Below are positions 13,901 through 27,448 of a stretch of DNA of 64,000 bases, in pieces. Each line of letters starts with the position of its first letter. Position 1 is the first letter of the stretch. A program made the position numbers and the translations under genes. The notes under the pieces were generated by a model, which did no database searches, had not been told where the DNA came from, and saw nothing but the letters and a program-made list of their open reading frames with translations. Origin of the DNA: the human T2T-CHM13v2.0 reference genome, Homo sapiens; assembly GCF_009914755.1 (NCBI RefSeq), contig NC_060946.1; one strand, given 5' to 3'.

Positions 13901-16900
13901 ATTCTACAAAAAGAGTGTATCAAAACTGCTCTGTCAAAAGGAAGGTTCTTCTCTGTTAGGTGAGTGCATACGTCATAAAGGAGTTTCTGAGAATGTTTCT
14001 GTCTAGTGGTTATGGGAAGATATTTGCTTTTTCACCGTAGGCCTCAGAGCGCTCCAAATATCCACTTGCACATACTACAAAAAGAGTGCCTCAAAGCTGC
14101 TCTTTGAAACGGAATGTTCAACTCTATGAGTTGAATGCAAACATCACAAAGACGTTTCTGAGAATGCTTCTGTCTAGATTTGATATGAAGATATTCCCGT
14201 TTCCAACGAAATCTTCAAATCTATCCAAATGTCCACTTGCAGATTCAACAAAAAGTGTTTTTCAGAACTGCTCTATCAAAAGAAAGATCCACATCTGTTA
14301 GCTGAGTTCACACATCACAAACAAGTTTATGAGAATGCTTCTGTCTAGTTTTTATTTGAAGATATTTCCTTTCTCACCATAGACCTGAAAGCTGTCCTAA
14401 TGTTCACTTCCAGATACTACAGAAAGAGTGTTTCAAAACTGCTGTATGAAAGGGAATGTTCAACTCTGTGACTTGAATGCACACATCACAAAGAAGTTTC
14501 TGAGGATGCTGCTGTCTACTTTTTATATGTAATCCGGTTTCCAACGAAATCCTCCAAGCTATCCAAATATCCACTTGCAGATTCCACAGAAAGACTGTTT
14601 CAAAACTGCTCTGTCAATAGAAAGGTTCAACTCTGTTAGCTGCGTGCATATATCCCAAAGAAGATTCTGAGATTGCTTCTGTCTAGTTTTTATGGGAAGA
14701 TATTTCCCTTTTCACCGTAGGCGTCAAGGCGCTCCAAATGTCCACTTCCAGATACTACAAAAAGAGTGTTTCAAACCTACTCTGTGAAAGGGAATATTCA
14801 ACTCTGTGACTTGAATGCACATATCACAAAGAAGTTTCTGAGAATGCTTCTGTCGAGATTTTATATGAAGATATTCCCGTTTCCAACGAAATCCTGAAAT
14901 CTATCCAAATATCCCCTCGCAGATTCTACAAAAAGAGTGTTTCAAAACTGCTCTGTAAAAAGAAAGGTTCAACTCTGTTAGTTGAGTACACACATCACAA
15001 ACAAGTTTCACAGAATGCTTCTTTCTAGCTTGTAGGGGAAGATATTCCCTTTATCACCATGGGCCTCCAACCGTCCGAAACGTCCACTTCCATATACTAC
15101 CAAAAGAGCGTTTCAAACCTGCTCTAGGAAAGGCAATGTTCAACTCTGTGACTTGAATGCAGACATCACAGAGCAGTTTCTGAGAATGCTTCTGTCTAGA
15201 TTTTATAGGAAGATATTCCCGTTTCCAACGAAATCTTCACAGCTATCCAAATATCCACTTGCAGATTCTACAAAAAGAGTGTATCAAAACTGCTCTGTCA
15301 AAAGGAAGGTTCTTCTCTGTTAGGTGAGTGCATACGTCATAAAGGAGTTTCTGAGAATGTTTCTGTCTAGTGGTTATGGGAAGATATTTGCTTTTTCACC
15401 GTAGGCCTCAGAGCGCTCCAAATATCCACTTGCACATACTACAAAAAGAGTGCCTCAAAGCTGCTCTCTGAAACGGAATGTTCAACTCTATGAGTTGAAT
15501 GCAAACATCACAAAGACGTTTCTGAGAATGCTTCTGTCTAGATTTGATATGAAGATATTCCCGTTTCCAACGAAATCTTCAAATCTATCCAAATGTCCAC
15601 TTGCAGATTCAACAAAAAGTGTTTTTCAGAACTGCTCTATCAAAAGAAAGATCCACCTCTGTTAGCTGAGTTCACACATCACAAACAAGTTTATGAGAAT
15701 GCTTCTGTCTAGTTTTTATTTGAAGATATTTCCTTTCTCACCATAGACCTGAAAGCTGTCCTAATGTTCACTTCCAGATACTACAGAAAGAGTGTTTCAA
15801 AACTGCTGTACGAAAGGGAATGTTCAACTCTGTGACTTGAATGCACACATCACAAAGAAGTTTCTGAGGATGCTGCTGTCTACTTTTTATACGTAATCCC
15901 GTTTCCAACGAAATCCTCCAAGCTATCCAAATATCCACTTGCAGATTCCACAGAAAGACTGTTTCAAAACTGCTCTGTCAATAGAAAGGTTCAACTCTGT
16001 TAGCTGCGTGCATATATCCCAAAGAAGATTCTGAGATTGCTTCTGTCTAGTTTTTATGGGAAGATATTTCCCTTTTCACCGTAGGCGTCAAGGCGCTCCA
16101 AATGTCCACTTCCAGATACTACAAAAAGAGTGTTTCAAACCTACTCTGTGAAAGGGAATATTCAACTCTGTGACTTGAATGCACATATCACAAAGAAGTT
16201 TCTGAGAATGCTTCTGTCGAGATTTTATATGAAGATATTCCCGTTTCCAACGAAATCCTGAAATCTATCCAAATATCCCCTCGCAGATTCTACAAAAAGA
16301 GTGTTTCAAAACTGCTCTGTAAAAAGAAAGGTTCAACTCTGTTAGTTGAGTACACACATCACAAACAAGTTTCACAGAATGCTTCTTTCTAGCTTGTAGG
16401 GGAAGATATTCCCTTTATCACCATGGGCCTCCAAACGTCCGAAACGTCCACTTCCATATACTACCAAAAGAGCGTTTCAAACCTGCTCTAGGAAAGGCAA
16501 TGTTCAACTCTGTGACTTGAATGCAGACATCACAGAGCAGTTTCTGAGAATGCTTCTGTCTAGATTTTATAGGAAGATATTCCCGTTTCCAACGAAATCT
16601 TCACAGCTATCCAAATATCCACTTGCAGATTCTACAAAAAGAGTGTATCAAAACTGCTCTGTCAAAAGGAAGGTTCTTCTCTGTTAGGTGAGTGCATACG
16701 TCATAAAGGAGTTTCTGAGAATGTTTCTGTCTAGTGGTTATGGGAAGATATTTGCTTTTTCACCGTAGGCCTCAGAGCGCTCCAAATATCCACTTGCACA
16801 TACTACAAAAAGAGTGCCTCAAAGCTGCTCTCTGAAACGGAATGTTCAACTCTATGAGTTGAATGCAAACATCACAAAGACGTTTCTGAGAATGCTTCTG

Positions 16901-17829
16901 TCTAGATTTGATATGAAGATATTCCCGTTTCCAACGAAATCTTCAAATCTATCCAAATGTCCACTTGCAGATTCAACAAAAAGTGTTTTTCAGAACTGCT
17001 CTATCAAAAGAAAGATCCACCTCTGTTAGCTGAGTTCACACATCACAAACAAGTTTATGAGAATGCTTCTGTCTAGTTTTTATTTGAAGATATTTCCTTT
17101 CTCACCATAGACCTGAAAGCTGTCCTAATGTTCACTTCCAGATACTACAGAAAGAGTGTTTCAAAACTGCTGTACGAAAGGGAATGTTCAACTCTGTGAC
17201 TTGAATGCACACATCACAAAGAAGTTTCTGAGGATGCTGCTGTCTACTTTTTATACGTAATCCCGTTTCCAACGAAATCCTCCAAGCTATCCAAATATCC
17301 ACTTGCAGATTCCACAGAAAGACTGTTTCAAAACTGCTCTGTCAATAGAAAGGTTCAACTCTGTTAGCTGCGTGCATATATCCCAAAGAAGATTCTGAGA
17401 TTGCTTCTGTCTAGTTTTTATGGGAAGATATTTCCCTTTTCACCGTAGGCGTCAAGGCGCTCCAAATGTCCACTTCCAGATACTACAAAAAGAGTGTTTC
17501 AAACCTACTCTGTGAAAGCGAATATTCAACTCTGTGACTTGAATGCACATATCACAAAGAAGTTTCTGAGAATGCTTCTGTCGAGATTTTATATGAAGAT
17601 ATTCCCGTTTCCAACGAAATCCTGAAATCTATCCAAATATCCCCTCGCAGATTCTACAAAAAGAGTGTTTCAAAACTGCTCTGTAAAAAGAAAGGTTCAA
17701 CTCTGTTAGTTGAGTACACACATCACAAACAAGTTTCACAGAATGCTTCTTTCTAGCTTGTAGGGGAAGATATTCCCTTTATCACCATGGGCCTCCAACC
17801 GTCCGAAACGTCCACTTCCATATACTACC

Positions 17830-20800
17830 AAAAGAGCGTTTCAAACCTGCTCTAGGAAAGGCAATGTTCAACTCTGTGACTTGAATGCAGACATCACAGA
17901 GCAGTTTCTGAGAATGCTTCTGTCTAGATTTTATAGGAAGATATTCCCGTTTCCAACGAAATCTTCACAGCTATCCAAATATCCACTTGCAGATTCTACA
18001 AAAAGAGTGTATCAAAACTGCTCTGTCAAAAGGAAGGTTCTTCTCTGTTAGGTGAGTGCATACGTCATAAAGGAGTTTCTGAGAATGTTTCTGTCTAGTG
18101 GTTATGGGAAGATATTTGCTTTTTCACCGTAGGCCTCAGAGCGCTCCAAATATCCACTTGCACATACTACAAAAAGAGTGCCTCAAAGCTGCTCTCTGAA
18201 ACGGAATGTTCAACTCTATGAGTTGAATGCAAACATCACAAAGACGTTTCTGAGAATGCTTCTGTCTAGATTTGATATGAAGATATTCCCGTTTCCAACG
18301 AAATCTTCAAATCTATCCAAATGTCCACTTGCAGATTCAACAAAAAGTGTTTTTCAGAACTGCTCTATCAAAAGAAAGATCCACCTCTGTTAGCTGAGTT
18401 CACACATCACAAACAAGTTTATGAGAATGCTTCTGTCTAGTTTTTATTTGAAGATATTTCCTTTCTCACCATAGACCTGAAAGCTGTCCTAATGTTCACT
18501 TCCAGATACTACAGAAAGAGTGTTTCAAAACTGCTGTACGAAAGGGAATGTTCAACTCTGTGACTTGAATGCACACATCACAAAGAAGTTTCTGAGGATG
18601 CTGCTGTCTACTTTTTATACGTAATCCCGTTTCCAACGAAATCCTCCAAGCTATCCAAATATCCACTTGCAGATTCCACAGAAAGACTGTTTCAAAACTG
18701 CTCTGTCAATAGAAAGGTTCAACTCTGTTAGCTGCGTGCATATATCCCAAAGAAGATTCTGAGATTCCTTCTGTCTAGTTTTTATGGGAAGATATTTCCC
18801 TTTTCACCGTAGGCGTCAAGGCGCTCCAAATGTCCACTTCCAGATACTACAAAAAGAGTGTTTCAAACCTACTCTGTGAAAGGGAATATTCAACTCTGTG
18901 ACTTGAATGCACATATCACAAAGAAGTTTCTGAGAATGCTTCTGTCGAGATTTTATATGAAGATATTCCCGTTTCCAACGAAATCCTGAAATCTATCCAA
19001 ATATCCCCTCGCAGATTCTACAAAAAGAGTGTTTCAAAACTGCTCTGTAAAAAGAAAGGTTCAACTCTGTTAGTTGAGTACACACATCACAAACAAGTTT
19101 CACAGAATGCTTCTTTCTAGCTTGTAGGGGAAGATATTCCCTTTATCACCATGGTCCTCAAACCGTCCGAAACGTCCACTTCCATATACTACAAAAAGAG
19201 CGTTTCAAACCTGCTCTAGGAAAGGCAATGTTCAACTCTGTGACTTGAATGCAGACATCACAGAACAGTTTCTGAGAATGCTTCTGTCTAGATTTTATAG
19301 GAAGATATTCCCGTTTCCAACGAAATCTTCACAGCTATCCAAATATCCACTTGCAGATTCTACAAAAAGAGTGTATCAAAACTGCTCTGTCAAAAGGAAG
19401 GTTCTTCTCTGTTAGGTGAGTGCATACGTCATAAAGGAGTTTCTGAGAATGTTTCTGTCTAGTGGTTATGGGAAGATATTTGCTTTTTCACCGTAGGCCT
19501 CAGAGCGCTCCAAATATCCACTTGCACATACTACAAAAAGAGTGCCTCAAAGCTGCTCTCTGAAACGGAATGTTCAACTCTATGAGTTGAATGCAAACAT
19601 CACAAAGACGTTTCTGAGAATGCTTCTGTCTAGATTTGATATGAAGATATTCCCGTTTCCAACGAAATCTTCAAATCTATCCAAATGTCCACTTGCAGAT
19701 TCAACAAAAAGTGTTTTTCAGAACTGCTCTATCAAAAGAAAGATCCACCTCTGTTAGCTGAGTTCACACATCACAAACAAGTTTATGAGAATGCTTCTGT
19801 CTAGTTTTTATTTGAAGATATTTCCTTTCTCACCATAGACCTGAAAGCTGTCCTAATGTTCACTTCCAGATACTACAGAAAGAGTGTTTCAAAACTGCTG
19901 TACGAAAGGGAATGTTCAACTCTGTGACTTGAATGCACACATCACAAAGAAGTTTCTGAGGATGCTGCTGTCTACTTTTTATACGTAATCCCGTTTCCAA
20001 CGAAATCCTCCAAGCTATCCAAATATCCACTTGCAGATTCCACAGAAAGACTGTTTCAAAACTGCTCTGTCAATAGAAAGGTTCAACTCTGTTAGCTGCG
20101 TGCATATATCCCAAAGAAGATTCTGAGATTGCTTCTGTCTAGTTTTTATGGGAAGATATTTCCCTTTTCACCGTAGGCGTCAAGGCGCTCCAAATGTCCA
20201 CTTCCAGATACTACAAAAAGAGTGTTTCAAACCTACTCTGTGAAAGCGAATATTCAACTCTGTGACTTGAATGCACATATCACAAAGAAGTTTCTGAGAA
20301 TGCTTCTGTCGAGATTTTATATGAAGATATTCCCGTTTCCAACGAAATCCTGAAATCTATCCAAATATCCCCTCGCAGATTCTACAAAAAGAGTGTTTCA
20401 AAACTGCTCTGTAAAAAGAAAGGTTCAACTCTGTTAGTTGAGTACACACATCACAAACAAGTTTCACAGAATGCTTCTTTCTAGCTTGTAGGGGAAGATA
20501 TTCCCTTTATCACCATGGGCCTCCAACCGTCCGAAACGTCCACTTCCATATACTACCAAAAGAGCGTTTCAAACCTGCTCTAGGAAAGGCAATGTTCAAC
20601 TCTGTGACTTGAATGCAGACATCACAGAGCAGTTTCTGAGAATGCTTCTGTCTAGATTTTATAGGAAGATATTCCCGTTTCCAACGAAATCTTCACAGCT
20701 ATCCAAATATCCACTTGCAGATTCTACAAAAAGAGTGTATCAAAACTGCTCTGTCAAAAGGAAGGTTCTTCTCTGTTAGGTGAGTGCATACGTCATAAAG

Positions 20801-23800
20801 GAGTTTCTGAGAATGTTTCTGTCTAGTGGTTATGGGAAGATATTTGCTTTTTCACCGTAGGCCTCAGAGCGCTCCAAATATCCACTTGCACATACTACAA
20901 AAAGAGTGCCTCAAAGCTGCTCTCTGAAACGGAATGTTCAACTCTATGAGTTGAATGCAAACATCACAAAGACGTTTCTGAGAATGCTTCTGTCTAGATT
21001 TGATATGAAGATATTCCCGTTTCCAACGAAATCTTCAAATCTATCCAAATGTCCACTTGCAGATTCAACAAAAAGTGTTTTTCAGAACTGCTCTATCAAA
21101 AGAAAGATCCACCTCTGTTAGCTGAGTTCACACATCACAAACAAGTTTATGAGAATGCTTCTGTCTAGTTTTTATTTGAAGATATTTCCTTTCTCACCAT
21201 AGACCTGAAAGCTGTCCTAATGTTCACTTCCAGATACTACAGAAAGAGTGTTTCAAAACTGCTGTACGAAAGGGAATGTTCAACTCTGTGACTTGAATGC
21301 ACACATCACAAAGAAGTTTCTGAGGATGCTGCTGTCTACTTTTTATACGTAATCCCGTTTCCAACGAAATCCTCCAAGCTATCCAAATATCCACTTGCAG
21401 ATTCCACAGAAAGACTGTTTCAAAACTGCTCTGTCAATAGAAAGGTTCAACTCTGTTAGCTGCGTGCATATATCCCAAAGAAGATTCTGAGATTGCTTCT
21501 GTCTAGTTTTTATGGGAAGATATTTCCCTTTTCACCGTAGGCGTCAAGGCGCTCCAAATGTCCACTTCCAGATACTACAAAAAGAGTGTTTCAAACCTAC
21601 TCTGTGAAAGGGAATATTCAACTCTGTGACTTGAATGCACATATCACAAAGAAGTTTCTGAGAATGCTTCTGTCGAGATTTTATATGAAGATATTCCCGT
21701 TTCCAACGAAATCCTGAAATCTATCCAAATATCCCCTCGCAGATTCTACAAAAAGAGTGTTTCAAAACTGCTCTGTAAAAAGAAAGGTTCAACTCTGTTA
21801 GTTGAGTACACACATCACAAACAAGTTTCACAGAATGCTTCTTTCTAGCTTGTAGGGGAAGATATTCCCTTTATCACCATGGGCCTCCAACCGTCCGAAA
21901 CGTCCACTTCCATATACTACAAAAAGAGCGTTTCAAACCTGCTCTAGGAAAGGCAATGTTCAACTCTGTGACTTGAATGCAGACATCACAGAGCAGTTTC
22001 TGAGAATGCTTCTGTCTAGATTTTATAGGAAGATATTCCCGTTTCCAACGAAATCTTCACAGCTATCCAAATATCCACTTGCAGATTCTACAAAAAGAGT
22101 GTATCAAAACTGCTCTGTCAAAAGGAAGGTTCTTCTCTGTTAGGTGAGTGCATACGTCATAAAGGAGTTTCTGAGAATGTTTCTGTCTAGTGGTTATGGG
22201 AAGATATTTGCTTTTTCACCGTAGGCCTCAGAGCGCTCCAAATATCCACTTGCACATACTACAAAAAGAGTGCCTCAAAGCTGCTCTCTGAAACGGAATG
22301 TTCAACTCTATGAGTTGAATGCAAACATCACAAAGACGTTTCTGAGAATGCTTCTGTCTAGATTTGATATGAAGATATTCCCGTTTCCAACGAAATCTTC
22401 AAATCTATCCAAATGTCCACTTGCAGATTCAACAAAAAGTGTTTTTCAGAACTGCTCTATCAAAAGAAAGATCCACCTCTGTTAGCTGAGTTCACACATC
22501 ACAAACAAGTTTATGAGAATGCTTCTGTCTAGTTTTTATTTGAAGATATTTCCTTTCTCACCATAGACCTGAAAGCTGTCCTAATGTTCACTTCCAGATA
22601 CTACAGAAAGAGTGTTTCAAAACTGCTGTACGAAAGGGAATGTTCAACTCTGTGACTTGAATGCACACATCACAAAGAAGTTTCTGAGGATGCTGCTGTC
22701 TACTTTTTATACGTAATCCCGTTTCCAACGAAATCCTCCAAGCTATCCAAATATCCACTTGCAGATTCCACAGAAAGACTGTTTCAAAACTGCTCTGTCA
22801 ATAGAAAGGTTCAACTCTGTTAGCTGCGTGCATATATCCCAAAGAAGATTCTGAGATTCCTTCTGTCTAGTTTTTATGGGAAGATATTTCCCTTTTCACC
22901 GTAGGCGTCAAGGCGCTCCAAATGTCCACTTCCAGATACTACAAAAAGAGTGTTTCAAACCTACTCTGTGAAAGGGAATATTCAACTCTGTGACTTGAAT
23001 GCACATATCACAAAGAAGTTTCTGAGAATGCTTCTGTCGAGATTTTATATGAAGATATTCCCGTTTCCAACGAAATCCTGAAATCTATCCAAATATCCCC
23101 TCGCAGATTCTACAAAAAGAGTGTTTCAAAACTGCTCTGTAAAAAGAAAGGTTCAACTCTGTTAGTTGAGTACACACATCACAAACAAGTTTCACAGAAT
23201 GCTTCTTTCTAGCTTGTAGGGGAAGATATTCCCTTTATCACCATGGTCCTCAAACCGTCCGAAACGTCCACTTCCATATACTACAAAAAGAGCGTTTCAA
23301 ACCTGCTCTAGGAAAGGCAATGTTCAACTCTGTGACTTGAATGCAGACATCACAGAACAGTTTCTGAGAATGCTTCTGTCTAGATTTTATAGGAAGATAT
23401 TCCCGTTTCCAACGAAATCTTCACAGCTATCCAAATATCCACTTGCAGATTCTACAAAAAGAGTGTATCAAAACTGCTCTGTCAAAAGGAAGGTTCTTCT
23501 CTGTTAGGTGAGTGCATACGTCATAAAGGAGTTTCTGAGAATGTTTCTGTCTAGTGGTTATGGGAAGATATTTGCTTTTTCACCGTAGGCCTCAGAGCGC
23601 TCCAAATATCCACTTGCACATACTACAAAAAGAGTGCCTCAAAGCTGCTCTCTGAAACGGAATGTTCAACTCTATGAGTTGAATGCAAACATCACAAAGA
23701 CGTTTCTGAGAATGCTTCTGTCTAGATTTGATATGAAGATATTCCCGTTTCCAACGAAATCTTCAAATCTATCCAAATGTCCACTTGCAGATTCAACAAA

Positions 23801-26800
23801 AAGTGTTTTTCAGAACTGCTCTATCAAAAGAAAGATCCACCTCTGTTAGCTGAGTTCACACATCACAAACAAGTTTATGAGAATGCTTCTGTCTAGTTTT
23901 TATTTGAAGATATTTCCTTTCTCACCATAGACCTGAAAGCTGTCCTAATGTTCACTTCCAGATACTACAGAAAGAGTGTTTCAAAACTGCTGTACGAAAG
24001 GGAATGTTCAACTCTGTGACTTGAATGCACACATCACAAAGAAGTTTCTGAGGATGCTGCTGTCTACTTTTTATACGTAATCCCGTTTCCAACGAAATCC
24101 TCCAAGCTATCCAAATATCCACTTGCAGATTCCACAGAAAGACTGTTTCAAAACTGCTCTGTCAATAGAAAGGTTCAACTCTGTTAGCTGCGTGCATATA
24201 TCCCAAAGAAGATTCTGAGATTGCTTCTGTCTAGTTTTTATGGGAAGATATTTCCCTTTTCACCGTAGGCGTCAAGGCGCTCCAAATGTCCACTTCCAGA
24301 TACTACAAAAAGAGTGTTTCAAACCTACTCTGTGAAAGCGAATATTCAACTCTGTGACTTGAATGCACATATCACAAAGAAGTTTCTGAGAATGCTTCTG
24401 TCGAGATTTTATATGAAGATATTCCCGTTTCCAACGAAATCCTGAAATCTATCCAAATATCCCCTCGCAGATTCTACAAAAAGAGTGTTTCAAAACTGCT
24501 CTGTAAAAAGAAAGGTTCAACTCTGTTAGTTGAGTACACACATCACAAACAAGTTTCACAGAATGCTTCTTTCTAGCTTGTAGGGGAAGATATTCCCTTT
24601 ATCACCATGGGCCTCCAACCGTCCGAAACGTCCACTTCCATATACTACCAAAAGAGCGTTTCAAACCTGCTCTAGGAAAGGCAATGTTCAACTCTGTGAC
24701 TTGAATGCAGACATCACAGAGCAGTTTCTGAGAATGCTTCTGTCTAGATTTTATAGGAAGATATTCCCGTTTCCAACGAAATCTTCACAGCTATCCAAAT
24801 ATCCACTTGCAGATTCTACAAAAAGAGTGTATCAAAACTGCTCTGTCAAAAGGAAGGTTCTTCTCTGTTAGGTGAGTGCATACGTCATAAAGGAGTTTCT
24901 GAGAATGTTTCTGTCTAGTGGTTATGGGAAGATATTTGCTTTTTCACCGTAGGCCTCAGAGCGCTCCAAATATCCACTTGCACATACTACAAAAAGAGTG
25001 CCTCAAAGCTGCTCTCTGAAACGGAATGTTCAACTCTATGAGTTGAATGCAAACATCACAAAGACGTTTCTGAGAATGCTTCTGTCTAGATTTGATATGA
25101 AGATATTCCCGTTTCCAACGAAATCTTCAAATCTATCCAAATGTCCACTTGCAGATTCAACAAAAAGTGTTTTTCAGAACTGCTCTATCAAAAGAAAGAT
25201 CCACCTCTGTTAGCTGAGTTCACACATCACAAACAAGTTTATGAGAATGCTTCTGTCTAGTTTTTATTTGAAGATATTTCCTTTCTCACCATAGACCTGA
25301 AAGCTGTCCTAATGTTCACTTCCAGATACTACAGAAAGAGTGTTTCAAAACTGCTGTACGAAAGGGAATGTTCAACTCTGTGACTTGAATGCACACATCA
25401 CAAAGAAGTTTCTGAGGATGCTGCTGTCTACTTTTTATACGTAATCCCGTTTCCAACGAAATCCTCCAAGCTATCCAAATATCCACTTGCAGATTCCACA
25501 GAAAGACTGTTTCAAAACTGCTCTGTCAATAGAAAGGTTCAACTCTGTTAGCTGCGTGCATATATCCCAAAGAAGATTCTGAGATTGCTTCTGTCTAGTT
25601 TTTATGGGAAGATATTTCCCTTTTCACCGTAGGCGTCAAGGCGCTCCAAATGTCCACTTCCAGATACTACAAAAAGAGTGTTTCAAACCTACTCTGTGAA
25701 AGGGAATATTCAACTCTGTGACTTGAATGCACATATCACAAAGAAGTTTCTGAGAATGCTTCTGTCGAGATTTTATATGAAGATATTCCCGTTTCCAACG
25801 AAATCCTGAAATCTATCCAAATATCCCCTCGCAGATTCTACAAAAAGAGTGTTTCAAAACTGCTCTGTAAAAAGAAAGGTTCAACTCTGTTAGTTGAGTA
25901 CACACATCACAAACAAGTTTCACAGAATGCTTCTTTCTAGCTTGTAGGGGAAGATATTCCCTTTATCACCATGGGCCTCCAACCGTCCGAAACGTCCACT
26001 TCCATATACTACAAAAAGAGCGTTTCAAACCTGCTCTAGGAAAGGCAATGTTCAACTCTGTGACTTGAATGCAGACATCACAGAGCAGTTTCTGAGAATG
26101 CTTCTGTCTAGATTTTATAGGAAGATATTCCCGTTTCCAACGAAATCTTCACAGCTATCCAAATATCCACTTGCAGATTCTACAAAAAGAGTGTATCAAA
26201 ACTGCTCTGTCAAAAGGAAGGTTCTTCTCTGTTAGGTGAGTGCATACGTCATAAAGGAGTTTCTGAGAATGTTTCTGTCTAGTGGTTATGGGAAGATATT
26301 TGCTTTTTCACCGTAGGCCTCAGAGCGCTCCAAATATCCACTTGCACATACTACAAAAAGAGTGCCTCAAAGCTGCTCTCTGAAACGGAATGTTCAACTC
26401 TATGAGTTGAATGCAAACATCACAAAGACGTTTCTGAGAATGCTTCTGTCTAGATTTGATATGAAGATATTCCCGTTTCCAACGAAATCTTCAAATCTAT
26501 CCAAATGTCCACTTGCAGATTCAACAAAAAGTGTTTTTCAGAACTGCTCTATCAAAAGAAAGATCCACCTCTGTTAGCTGAGTTCACACATCACAAACAA
26601 GTTTATGAGAATGCTTCTGTCTAGTTTTTATTTGAAGATATTTCCTTTCTCACCATAGACCTGAAAGCTGTCCTAATGTTCACTTCCAGATACTACAGAA
26701 AGAGTGTTTCAAAACTGCTGTACGAAAGGGAATGTTCAACTCTGTGACTTGAATGCACACATCACAAAGAAGTTTCTGAGGATGCTGCTGTCTACTTTTT

Positions 26801-27448
26801 ATACGTAATCCCGTTTCCAACGAAATCCTCCAAGCTATCCAAATATCCACTTGCAGATTCCACAGAAAGACTGTTTCAAAACTGCTCTGTCAATAGAAAG
26901 GTTCAACTCTGTTAGCTGCGTGCATATATCCCAAAGAAGATTCTGAGATTCCTTCTGTCTAGTTTTTATGGGAAGATATTTCCCTTTTCACCGTAGGCGT
27001 CAAGGCGCTCCAAATGTCCACTTCCAGATACTACAAAAAGAGTGTTTCAAACCTACTCTGTGAAAGGGAATATTCAACTCTGTGACTTGAATGCACATAT
27101 CACAAAGAAGTTTCTGAGAATGCTTCTGTCGAGATTTTATATGAAGATATTCCCGTTTCCAACGAAATCCTGAAATCTATCCAAATATCCCCTCGCAGAT
27201 TCTACAAAAAGAGTGTTTCAAAACTGCTCTGTAAAAAGAAAGGTTCAACTCTGTTAGTTGAGTACACACATCACAAACAAGTTTCACAGAATGCTTCTTT
27301 CTAGCTTGTAGGGGAAGATATTCCCTTTATCACCATGGTCCTCAAACCGTCCGAAACGTCCACTTCCATATACTACAAAAAGAGCGTTTCAAACCTGCTC
27401 TAGGAAAGGCAATGTTCAACTCTGTGACTTGAATGCAGACATCACAGA
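17830..27448 (-). repeat. 3-HOR super-repeat (4092 bp x about 2.3)
   Basis: The marker GAGATTCCTT occurs at 18767, 22859 and 26951 (4092 apart), each followed by CATGGTCCTCAAACC. CACAGAACAG and GAAAGCGAAT occur in U15 and U18, and TACTACCAAA in U16 and U19. Boundaries are approximate. Confidence 0.8.
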
